From: the human T2T-CHM13v2.0 reference genome, Homo sapiens
Strand: one strand, 5' to 3'
DNA: 64,000 nt
Assembly: GCF_009914755.1 (NCBI RefSeq)
Contig: NC_060935.1
Shown: positions 52,001-64,000 of the stretch, one piece after another
Position numbering within the stretch: the stretch's first letter is position 1
Layout of the letters: each line of letters starts with the position of its first letter
Program-made: the position numbers and the translations under genes
Notes under the pieces: model-generated
Seen by the model: only the letters and a program-made list of their open reading frames with translations
Told to the model about the DNA's origin: nothing
The model's database searches: none

Positions 52001-53434
52001 TTCTCAGTTTCCTATATGTTTTGCATTTCACATGTTTTGGCACATATAGTGATACATTTTGATAAAATGTTATGTGTTTTCCAGAGCCTTTTTAAACAAT
52101 CGTCTCCCAAATCCTCACCATGGACAAATATTTAAGTATAATCTCATTTTCTAATAACCTATCACCAATGATTTATTAATCATCTATTGCGAGGCCTGTA
52201 CTGTGTCCGTCCTGGATGATGAATGTAAAATATTCCACATTAAACTATGGAGGTGATACTTATAGGAAACCTAACAAATAACAACAACAGCAACAATAAT
52301 AATAAAAAAATACATTATGAGGTAAGTCTTTGGGCAGTTGTAATCATAATACTTTTTGCCTCCAAGCCTTTTGAGTTCCCACCTTAAAATGCCTGGTAAA
52401 CTGATGTGACGATACTGGTACAAGGTAATCCCAGCTTCTTTATTCACAGTGGATTGAACTGATAGTGTGCGAGCTGGGCCAACCATATTCCCTGTCTTTC
52501 AGGAGATCAAGCTCAGAGACACTAAGAGACTGAAGCATTTAAACATAAGGAACTGATCTCCAAAGTCATGTGTTATTGAGGAGGGACAAATTAGATGAGG
52601 AGAGTTTGTCTTTCTTATTGCTCACAGCATTGACATATCCACTTTTCAATGAGACTTTGTCTTCGGATCTTAGCTGGGCATTCAAACAGCTATAATACCC
52701 TTTGATTTAAAATTTGCGACATATGAACTGAACTAAGGAGTCTTTTCCTTTGTGATTCACTAAACCAAAAGTTTTGGTTTGTTCCCTATTTGATTGATGA
52801 GAAAATTATTACACTTTGCTCAATGGAGGACTTGGAAGTACACAGTTTGTATATAAACAGGTTTGTTGGGGAGCAGGACTTTATATCCCATAGTAAGAAG
52901 GTTCAGATTTAGAACCAATACTGTTAATACATTTATTAATATAAAAATGCTTCATACTGTCACATAAAAGTATTGATTTTAGATTATATTGTGTGTTTTT
53001 AATGGGCTGAATGCACTCATTTTCATCTGGAAAGCAATGAAATGTTGCTTTCATTTTCAGAACACTAAGGGATAAAAATGGACCCACAAGATATGCAGGG
53101 AAAATCTTTGTATTAGATGTTGAACCTTTGAGAAGAGGATGCAGAAAACACTGTTTGCCACTTAAAAGTTCCTCTAAGCAAGAAAATATTTCTTTACTTA
53201 GTCTAAATCCACTGATTCGTCAAAATTGAGCAAAATACTGTCAGTGGTCAGTGAGGTTTGCCTGTGCAGTTGAAAAGATAGAAAGTAGGCTCTGGCAGTC
53301 GTTATGCCTCAACAAAAGAGATTAAAATATTCCAAAGGTGGCTATCAAGCTAAGGGCTCATGTAAACCAAAGTTATGGGAGAGTAAAATAGCAATTTACA
53401 GGCAGAAGTATCAGACCTGAAAAGAGAAGTATGA

Positions 53435-54191
53435 GTATTCTGACATCAACTGGTGTACTGCAATTCAGTGCTGGCTCTAACCTACTGGAGTTACTGCAGA
53501 CCCCGTGAGTTAAGGGCTCAGTTCACAAGATGACTCTCACTTCAGATACCTGCTGCACTTCAGGTATCCCCAGACAACCAATACTTCCGACCAACTGGCT
53601 ACAAATTTGGAGGTTCCCACTAACAACTGCCTCATGTTCAATAATTTACTAGAATGACTCACAGGACTCAGAAAAGCACTAAATTTGTGGTGGCATTTTT
53701 ATTATAAAGGATTCAAGTCAGGACCAGCCAAATGAGGAGACACACAAGGCAAGGTCTGAGAGGGTTCAGAATACAGAGCTTCAGTGTCTTTTCCCCGTGG
53801 AATAAGGGTTCATTACCCTCCCAGCATATCATGTCTTCCCTAACCAGGAAGCTCTACTGAGCTCAGTGTCTAGAGTTTTTGGTGGGGCTTCATTATGTAG
53901 GCATTATTGATTGAATCCTTGACCATGTGATTCAACTCACCCTTTAGCCCTTCTATTCTCCCAGCAGTTGAGAGGTTAGGCTGATACCAAGTAGCTAGAA
54001 GCTGTAACCCTCTAATCACGTGATTCATCTTTCTGGCCCTATCCTGAGTCATCTCCTCAGCACAGACTCAGGTATGATCTAAGGACTAACCGTGAACAAC
54101 AAAGATACTCATATTATCTGGGAAATTCCAAGAATTTAGAGGTTATCTCCCAGGAACTAGGGACAAATATCAGACATATGCTTTATTATAC
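53435..54191 (-). mobile_element. MER21-type LTR
   Basis: TTCTGACATCAACTGGTGTACTGCAATTCA...TTAAGGGCTCAGTTCACAAGA...TAATTTACTAGAATGACTCACAGGACTCAG...CCAGGAACTAGGGACAAA...TTTATTATACA. Confidence 0.8.
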
Positions 54192-57100
54192 AATAAAGAG
54201 ACTGAATAGATTTTCAAAGATAAGCAGAGAAGATTTCAAAGAAAAGCAAGGAAAGGAAGGGGTAGTCTGAATACTTAACCTTGGGTTTGAATCCTTTATA
54301 AAGTTTTCTTTATTTTGGGGCATTATACAAGGTAAAACAACTTGTACTTTCATTGGTTTCCATTCTGTTAACCAAATCATCTTTCTTATTTAATAGAAAC
54401 TCATGAAAACAAACCAAAAAAGCAAGACTGAGCTAATCCTCAAATAATTTATAGGGCTTTGATTGGTACTGAAGAGTCCTAGTAATATTCCAGATGGAAG
54501 AAAAAAAGCATGAGGAAACATAATAAGATTCAGCATACATGAAATGTGTGAGTGTCTATGATTACTTTTATGGTAATAGCGTCTCTTTGGAGTTCTGTAG
54601 ATACTTAAAAACAATAAAAAGAACAACTAGTCTGGCTCAGGAAATTTAGGAGATTTCATGAAGCTCTTTTGGATACTATGGGAACTGGAGCTGTTGATGT
54701 CTCCATACTAGCTCCAACGTAAGATAGTAAGGCCAAAGGTTAAGCGTTCTTCTAAGGTAAGCTTTCAAAATATTTTCCTAAACTGAACTGCATTGTAACA
54801 TGGTAACATCTTACATTTTCTGATCACAATTATAGAAATCATTATTGGAAAAAATGGGAGAATTAGGCTTGTCCTTTAAAATTTTTATCTTTAACTTTCA
54901 AACGTTTGTCCTGGAACACCCCGTCCTTTTGAACACCTGTCTTCTTGTGACATTTAGCTCAACTGCTTGACACTCAAGTAATTTCCTGTCCATACAACCA
55001 TAGAACATCAATATTTCAGTTGAATATGTAAGTTATATTGATCCTCCACAGCAGTGACAAAAAGTAAGGTAAAGATTCTTGACAAATGACATATCTAGTT
55101 ATTCCTGGTCACTCTATTCAAAAGATAAGAAATAGTAAAATGACATGATAACACTGTAACTTAAGAGCACAATAGTGAACTAATTTGACGTTAGATTCCT
55201 AAGTAGAGGATCCAGAATATTCCTCCACTATACTTGAAGCTGTCTCGTTAGAATTTGGTAACTACATTTAGCACATAGGCTTGAGTAGAACAGTGGGAAG
55301 AACTCATTTCAGGGAATATTAAAAAATACAGATGAAAATATTGGATAGAACAAACCGTTAAGGACTTCAAAAGCAAACTAGATGACTTAAACTTGGTATG
55401 ATTCATATTTTAAATATTTTTCCCCTGGAGTGACTAAAGAGAGCAATTTAAGATCAATCTGGAAAGAATATATAGGAAAAATTAGAAGGGAAGACAGGAT
55501 AGCAAGTTAAATGGTTGTGGGAAGTTGATGAAAATTGTGAAAATGTATTCAAAGAAGACACAGGAAATGATGTTCAGAGCATAAGAAAAGGAGGTGATTT
55601 TAATGAAGGATATCTTTTTCTCTGAGTAGTAATTATTATAATTATTAGTAACAGTTATTTCCCCATAAATCTAGCTTCGTCTGGATACTTCAGCCTGCTG
55701 AGACTCCTCTGGTTCTTTATTGCTTCTTCTCAAGGAAAAATAATTTATGCAGTAGCTAAAAGCCTTTTTCAGCATGTCCAGGTTATAAGGCAAGTATATG
55801 CAGTCTGTGGAGGCAGTTAGGCATGATAAACATATTCCAATACATTTTTCTTCAATCCTCTGCCTAACGAGATGACAATCTTGTTTTCCTTCTGTACCTC
55901 TCCTTTTTGCTCTCCATTTTCTTTTGGGAGAAACTCAGGGTTGAGTTTGAATTTCAAAGTTGTTTGCATTATATTCTTTAAGACACACATGATAACATAG
56001 ATGCACCAAAAAGGGAAATCCAGATTATTATTTACTCGACGACCCCAAGAGTTTTTATGGACACTTTTCAATGTAGTATGACTGCCCAAATAAGTTTTTG
56101 AATTATTATTATAATTGTTAAGAGAAGAACTAATCCAAATGGCTACAATTTTGAGTCCAAGGGAGGTCAACTATTGCAACTCGCTTTGCAAATATGGTAT
56201 AATAAGAAAAGCAGTTCATTCTCTAAATTTATTTTGACCATTTACCTCTCTGTTAATTATTATACTTTCTACATCTTTGTCCATAATGTTAGAATGTCGT
56301 TATGTTCTAATTGACACTCTTCTTGGATGCTATCTGAAATTTTTAGAAATCAATTACATAATTCTGTTATAAGTATATATGAAAGCATAATAATTAGACC
56401 AGTAAATAGAACTTGAGATTCCATTTTAGATTTACAAAGTAACATGCATCTACTTAGTGATATATAGCATTTTGGTAGCTCTTATATTATTATACTAGTC
56501 CCATACTTTTCCCAACACTCTTCTCCCCTATGTGTACATGTGTATGTGTTGAATGGGAATATGTGTGTGTGTTTGAGTCTTTCTAGGGTGCCCTTGGAAT
56601 GTAACTGGAAAATGTGGGATATTTAATCATGAAACATAAGCATGTCCCCACTTCATTAACTAAAGATTAATTTGCCTATACTAATAGTCCTTGGTTGGGT
56701 TGTATCATAACCTAGAGATATTTTGGAAATTTCAGGGAAGCAGGTTGGAAATTTCTGATGAGAGAATTTTGTGTGTCCTAATGATTGGGAGACGTTGTTA
56801 CTGGCATTAGTGTTTGAGTCAGGAGAATCATTAATGTTGACAGAATCACAAAATTAAGAATATTATAAAGTTGCTCACAACTTTCAAATATCCCTCTAGA
56901 TATTCTAAAGGTGAAAGCCTTGTTTATCATTCAGTCCTAGAACCTGACTCTGGTTTAGTGACAAGCACCTTTTTTTACATAGTTTTAATGTAGACTGAAT
57001 TTTTGAAAATGTAATTACTGTGGCATTTGAAGAAACAGTGCCTGTTTTAATTCAGAATTTTCACAAGATTTATCGGTTTTAGAAGAATTATGTTAACGAA

Positions 57101-57391
57101 AGGAGCAATGGTTATGGGATTTGAAACTCCACATAATTGTCCTGTGTTCCCCTACATTCATAGTAATTCATAATTATGGATGTTGTCACATTCACAATAA
57201 TTCTGTGAATGGGTTCAAATGTCTGAATATTTTATTTGTTGATTTATATACTGAATGTATTATTTAATGAAAATTTTTTTCCCACAGTGGATGCTGCACT
57301 GCTCATCTTCCCCTTAATAGCCTATACCCCTATACCCCCACACCCTAGCTGCTATGGAAGTTGACTGTTAACCATTTAAAAAATCATTTCA

Positions 57392-60300
57392 GGAGATGGA
57401 GCAAAGTGGCCTATCCTGTGCAAAAATACCATATTTTAACAACTAGTTACACACAGAAAGCATCATCAATAGAACCAAAAATCAGGTGAGCACTCACAGT
57501 ACCTTGCTTAAACTTCATAATGCTAAAAGAGGCACTGAAAAGGGGTAGAAGAGACTATCTTGAATCACAAAAGTCAACCTTCCCCTATCCCCCAGCAGCA
57601 GCCACTGGGCACAGAGAACGTGTGCACATGGGACAGGAAAAGCACAGATACTAGGGGACTTTAACTCAGTGCTGCCCTGTCACAGCAGAAAGCAGAACCA
57701 GTTGTACCCAGCTGATGCCCACCCATAGAGGGAGCATTTGAACCTGCCCTAGCCAGAAGAGAATTGCCCATCCCAGCAGTCAGACCCTGAGTTCTGGCAA
57801 GTCTTGCAACCACAGGCTAATGTACTCTGAGGCCCTAAGGAACTTGAATAACAGTCTAGGCCACAAGGAATGCAATTCCTAGGCAAGTGCTAGTGCTGAA
57901 GTGGGTTCAGAGCCAGTGGACTGGGGGTGGCCCATGACCTACTGAGATACCAGATGAGGCAGCTAAGGAAGTGCTTATGTCACTTTGTCCCCATAGCCCA
58001 GCGGTGGCCACATGGCATGGAGAAATCTGCTTGGGAGAGGGAGAGCACAGAGATTGTGAGACTTTAAATTGAACTCAGTGCTGCCCTGTTATAGTGGAGA
58101 GCAAAGCGATGCTGGGCTCAGCCAGCACGTGCACTCAGAGAGAACATTTGCACCAGACCTATCCAGAGGGGAATCACCCATCACACATACAAGTGGCTGG
58201 AAGTTGAGTTGCAATCAGTTGGCAGTCCTCACCAACACAAGGTAAAGTGCTCTAGAGTTCTAGGTAAACTCAAAAGGCAGTCTAGGACACAAGGACTGTA
58301 ATTCTTAGTTAATTCCTAGTGGTGGACTGGACTTAGAGATCATGGACCATGGTGGCACATGACTTACAGAGATATCACCTGGCATGTGTAAAGGCAAGTT
58401 TGTGCCATCTCTTTCCCAGCCCCAGGCAGTACAGCTTGCAGTAATAAAAATGACTCATTCCTTCTGCTTAAGGAGAGCAGAGTGAAGAGTAAAGAGGACT
58501 CCATTTTGTGTTTTGGATACAAGCTCAGCTACAGTATGTTAGGGAACCAGGCAGAGTCATAAAGCCTCCCTTGCCAGGCCCTATCTCATGGATGACATTT
58601 CTAGACAAACCCTTGTCCAAAAGGGAACTCATTGCCTTAAAGGGAAGGACCCAGTCCTGGCAGTATTCATCACCTGCTGACTAAAGAGCCCTTGGGCTTT
58701 GAATAACCAACAATAATACTCAGGTAATATGCTATGGGCCTTGGGCTCTGAGATATGCTGGCTTCAGATGTGACCCAGCATATTCCCAGATGTGGTGGCT
58801 ATGGTGAAAGACTCCTTCTGTTTGAGAAAAGCAGGGAGAAAAGTAAAGGGGACTCTTCCTTGCACCTTATGTGCTAGCTGGGCCACAGCACCAAGGAGGA
58901 TCTTGGGGTCTCTGAGTCCAGGAATAGGCTCTTGTTCAGGATTTCTGGACATTCCCTGGGACATAGCATAACCCACTTCCCAGAAGAGTGAGTCCCAGGC
59001 CTGGCAGCATTCACCACAAGCTGACTGAAGGACCCGTGGACTTTAAGTCAACATTGGTGATGGCCTGGAAGAACCCCTCATAGACTGGTGGTGGTGATGG
59101 CCAAAGGGGTAGCCTCTTTTGCCTGTAGAAGGGAGAGGGAAGAGTCAGAAGGACTTTGTCTTGTGGTTTGATTGCCAGCTTAGCCACAGTAGAATAGAAT
59201 ATTAGGTAAATTTCTAAAGGTTTTGACTCTAATACCTGGCTCCTGAACAGCATCTCTGAACCTGCCTGGGGTCTGGGGTAACTCACCTGGCTGGCTTCAC
59301 CGCCTGCTGATCAGAGAGCCCCAGAGCCTTGAGTGAACATAGGTGGTAGACAGGTACTGGTTACAGTGGGCCTTGGGTGAGACCCAGTGCTCTGCTGGCT
59401 TCAGGTGTAACTCAGTGCAGTCTCAGTGCTGGTGGCCACAAGGATGATCATGTCCCCTTACTCCCAGGTCCAGGTAGCACAGCACAGAGAGATTCTGTTT
59501 GTTTGGGAGAAAGTAAGAGATAAGAACAAGAGTCTCTGCCTGGCAGTCTAGAAAATTCTTCCAGATCGTATCTAAGACCACCAAGTTAGTATCTCTACAA
59601 GTCTGCCAGAATCACAGCATTTTGAGTTTGGGGCCCAATTCCCCTTTAATCCTTGGGAAGCCTTCCCAAGAAGGATGGGCACAAACAAGTCCAGGCTGCA
59701 AAAGCTACAATAAAGCCTACCTCTTCAATGGTTAGACATTAATGAACAGCCACAAGCATCAATATTATCCAGGAAAACATAACCTCACCAAATGAACTGA
59801 ATAAGTCTCCAGGGACTAATCCTGGAGAAACAGCAATATGTGACCTTTAAGGCAGATAATTCAAATTAGCTTTGCTGAGGAAATTCAAAGAAATTAAAGA
59901 GATCACAGAGAAATAATTCAGAATTCTATCAGATAAATTTAACAAAGAGATTGAAATTATTGGAAACAAGCAGAAATTCTAGAGTTTAAAAATGCAATTG
60001 ACATATTAAAGGATGTATGAGTCTCTTACTAGCAGAATTGATCAAGTAGAAGAAAGAATTAGTGAGCTTCAAGACACGCTATTTGAAAATACACAGTCAC
60101 AGGAACCAAAGGAAAAAAGAATAAAAAGAATGAATCATGCATACGAGATTTAGAAAATAGCCTCAAAAGGACAAATCTAGGAGTTATTGGCCTTAAAGAG
60201 AAGTAGAGTGAGAAACTGAGGTAGAAAGTTTATTCACAGATATAACATCAAAGAACTTTCCAAACCCAGAGAAAGATATCCATATGCAAGTACAAGTAGG

Positions 60301-63300
60301 TTACAGAACACCAAGCAGATTTAATCCAAAGAATACTACCTTAGGCATTTAATAATCAAACTCCCAAAAGTCAAAAATAAAGAATCCTAAAAGCAAAAAG
60401 GGAAAAAAAGCAAATAACATTCAATGGAGCTGCAATATATCTGGCAGCAGACTTTTCAGTGGAAACATTGCAGACCCAAGAGAGAGTGGCATGACATATT
60501 TAAAATGCTTAAGGAAAAATAAACACCTTTTTACTGTAGAATAATATATCTGGCAAAAAATATCCTTCAAGTATGAAGGAGAAATAAATACTTTCCCAGA
60601 CAAACAAAAGCTGAGGGATTTCAATAACACCAGACCTCTCCTACAAAAAATGCTAAAGGGAGTCCTTCAGTCTTAAAGAAAAGGACATTAATGAATAATA
60701 AGAGATCATCTGAAGGTATACAATTCACTGGTAATGCCACGTAGAAAAACACAGACTATTATAACACTGTAACTGCAGTGTATAAACTACTGTTATTTTA
60801 AGTAGAAAGATTAAATGATGATCTAATCAAAAATAATAACTGCAACAACTTTTCAAAACACAGACAATAGACTAAGACATAAAGAGAAACAAAAAAAGTT
60901 GAAAAGTAGGGGATGAAGTTAAAGGGTAGAGTTTTTATTTTCTTTTTGATGTTTGCTTATGCAATCAGTGTTAAGATGTCATCAGTTTTAAATAATAGGT
61001 TATAAGACAGTATTTGGAAATGTCATGGTAACTGCAAATTGAAAAACATACAATAAATACACAAAAAAAATAAACAAGAAATTAAATTATACCAACAGAA
61101 AAAAAATCACCTTCACCAAAAAGAAGACAGAAAGGAAGAAGGAAGAGAAGACCACAATACAATAAAAAAAAATTATCAAGAGTAAGTTCTTATTTATCAA
61201 TAATAACATTGAATGTAAATAGACTAAACTCTCAAATCAAAAGACATAGAATGGCTGAATGAATAAAAAAGCAAGACCCAATGATCCGTTGCTTGCAAGA
61301 AACACATTTCACCTATTATAAAGACACACATAGACTGAAAATAAAGGGATGAAAAAAGATATTCCATGCCAATGAAAACCATAAACAGGGCAGCACTAGC
61401 TATTCTTATATCATACAAACTAGATTTCAAATTTAAAACTGTAAGAAGAGACAAAGAAAGGCATTATATAGTGATAAAGGGATCAATTCAGCAAGAGCAT
61501 ATAACAATTCTGAAGATGCATGAACATGACATTGGAGCACCCAGATATATAAAGTAAATATTATTAGGGCTAAAGCAAGAAATAGACCGCAATATGATAA
61601 TAGCTGGAGATTCAACACCCCACTTTCAGCACTGGACAGATCTTCCAGACAAAATATCTACACAGAAACATTGGACTAATTTGGCACTATAGAACAAATG
61701 AACCTAATGAATATTTACAGAACATTTTATCCCACAGCCGCAGAATACACATTTTTCTCCTCAGCACATGGATCATTCTCAAGGATATGCCATATGTTAG
61801 GTCACAAAACAAGTTTTATGAACATTTAAACAATTGAAATAATATCAAGCATCTTCTCTGACCACAGTGGAATAAAACTAGACATGAATAACAAGGAATT
61901 TTGGAAACTATACAAACACATGGAAATTAAACATATGGTCCTGAATGATAAGTGAGTCAATGAAGAAATTAAGAAGGAAATTGAAAAATTATTGAAACAA
62001 GAGAAAATGAAAATACGACATACCAGAACCTATGGGATACTGCAAAAGCAATACTAAGAGGGACATTTATAGCTATAACTGCCTACATCAAAAAATAAGA
62101 AAAACATCAAATAAATAACTTAACCAATCATTTAAAAAAATAGAAAAGCAAGAGAAAACTAAACCCCAAATTATGAGAGGCAAAATAAATAAATAAGTAA
62201 ATAAAGAATCAGGGCAGAAATAAATTAATCTGAAATGAAGAAAATAATACAAAAAATCAACAAAATGAAAAGTTAGTTTTTTGAGAAAAAAATTGGCAAA
62301 CTTTTAGGCAGACAAAAAAAAGTAAAAGACCCAAATAAAGAAATTGGAGATTAAAAAAAACATTATAATTGATACTGCAGAAATTCAAATGATTATTAGT
62401 GGCTGCTATGATTAACTGTATGCCAACAAATGATAAATGAGAAAATCTGGTGAAAATGAATAAATTCCCAGACACATACAATCTACCAAGATTGAAGGAA
62501 GAAATCCGAACCTAAACAGATCAATAACAAGTAATGAGATTGAAGCTCTAATAAAAATTCTCCCAGTTAAGAAAAGCCCAGGGCGCATTGGCTTCACTGA
62601 TGAATTCTACCAAACATTTAAAGAAGAAGTACTACCAATCCTACTCAAACTATTCCAAAAAATAGAGGAGGAGGTAACACTTCCAAACTCATTCTTAGAA
62701 GCCAGTATTACCTTGATACCAAAACCAGAAAAGGACACATCAAAAAAAGAAAACTGCAGGCCAATATCTCTGATTAATATTGATGCAAAAATTATCAGCC
62801 AAATACTAGCAACCCAAATTCAACAATATATCTAAAAAATCATTTATAATGACCAAGTGAGATGTATCTCAGGGATGCAAGGTTGGTTCAACATTTGCAT
62901 ATCAATCAAGGTGATACATCATATCAAGAGAATAAAAGAAAAAACCCATATGATCATTTTATTTGATGCTGAAAAAGGATTTGATAAAAATTCAACAACC
63001 TTTCGTAGATAAAAATCCTCAAAATACTGGGTACAGAAAGAACGTACCTCAACATAATAAAAGCTGTATATGACAGACACACAGGTAATATAATACTGAA
63101 TTGGGAAAAACTGAAAGCCTTTCCTGTAAAATCTGGAATGTGAAAAAGATGCTCACTTTCACCACTGTTATTCAATATATTACTGGAAATCCTAGTGGGA
63201 CCAATCAGCCAAGAGAAATAAATAAAGGGCATACAAACTACAAAGGAAGAAGTCAAATTCTCCTTGTTTGTAGATGGCTTGATCTTATATTTGTTATAAC

Positions 63301-64000
63301 CTGAAGACTCCACTGAAAATCTATTAGAACTGATAGACAAATTTAGTAAAGTTGCACAGTACAAGATCAACATACAAAATCTATAGCATTTCTGTGTGTC
63401 AACAGTGAACAATCTGAAAAAGAAATCAAACAAGTAATCCCATTTACAGTAGGCAAAAATACAATTAAATACTTTGGAATTAAATTAACAAAAGAAGTAA
63501 AAGATTTTTACATTGAAAACTGTAAAACACTGATGAAAGAAATGGAAATGAACCACAAAGAAGAAAAAATATTTCAGGTTCATGGATTGGAAGAATCAAT
63601 ATGGTTTAAACGTCTGTACTACCCAAAACTATCTATAGATTCAGTATAATCCCTATCAAAAAACCAATGACATTCTTCACAGAAATAGAAAAAAACAGTT
63701 GTAAAATTTATACAGAACCACAAAAAACCCAGAGTGGGAAAAGCTATCCTGAGCAAAAAGGATAAACCTGAAGGAATCACTCTACCTCACTTCAAATTAT
63801 ACTACAGAGTGATAGTAACCAAAACAGCATGGTACTGACATAAAAACACACATAGTCTAATGGAACAGAAGAGAGAACACAGAAAAAAATTCAAACACCT
63901 ATAGTGAACTAATTTTTGACAAAGATGCCAAGAGCATACATTGAGGAAAGAACAGTCCCCTCAATAAGTGGAGCTGGGAAAACTGTATATCCATATGTAC
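57392..64000 (+). mobile_element. Near full-length old L1 (L1MA1-3/L1PB-age): 5' UTR, dead ORF1 (~59760-60690), dead ORF2 (~61190 to beyond the window end)
   Basis: 5' start GGAGATGGAGCAAAGTGGC after a TTT/AAAAAA site. Endonuclease motif TLNVNRLNSQIKRHR (~61206) and RT motifs RPISL.NIDAKI (~62760) and FVDG (mutated FADD, ~63267). Numerous stops and frameshifts. Confidence 0.93.

Noticed and set aside
56700-57230. Possible hAT-Charlie fragment (also 19545-19830)
   Set aside because: Resemblance is too weak to call a family or boundaries without a profile search.
62954-63433. Longest ORF in the track (159 aa, minus strand)
   Set aside because: Antisense to decayed L1 ORF2, a common artefact of the T-rich strand.

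Overview
AT-rich, repeat-dense primate genomic DNA, very probably human because it carries an AluYb8-lineage element. It looks intergenic or deep-intronic. I find no intact protein-coding gene, tRNA, rRNA or CRISPR array, and the short ORFs in the track are chance or repeat-derived. The only recognisable gene-derived sequence is a decayed processed pseudogene of Mediator subunit MED28 on the minus strand (CDS remnant 38768-39228). Main structures: (1) a four-level nest at 1-6.4 kb, L2 > Tigger3b > L1 > MSTA, with a large later deletion; (2) a complete but dead ERVL provirus with MLT2D-type LTRs and a perfect GATAC target-site duplication (TSD) at 26111-33206, hosting three younger inserts; (3) an LTR12 (HERV9) solo LTR with its promoter motifs largely intact at 49486-50170; (4) a near full-length old L1 from 57392 running off the window end; (5) seven Alus plus many MIR, L2, MaLR and DNA-transposon fossils and microsatellites. 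A few plus-strand candidate exons (14.1, 23.9, 24.8 kb) could belong to an unannotated host transcript but are unproven. I do not see a convincing novel biological system. The best leads are the candidate exons, the LTR12 promoter, the young AluYb insertion and several local templated-duplication or fold-back scars. Repeat subfamily names come from recalled consensus sequences, not from a search, and should be confirmed with RepeatMasker/Dfam.
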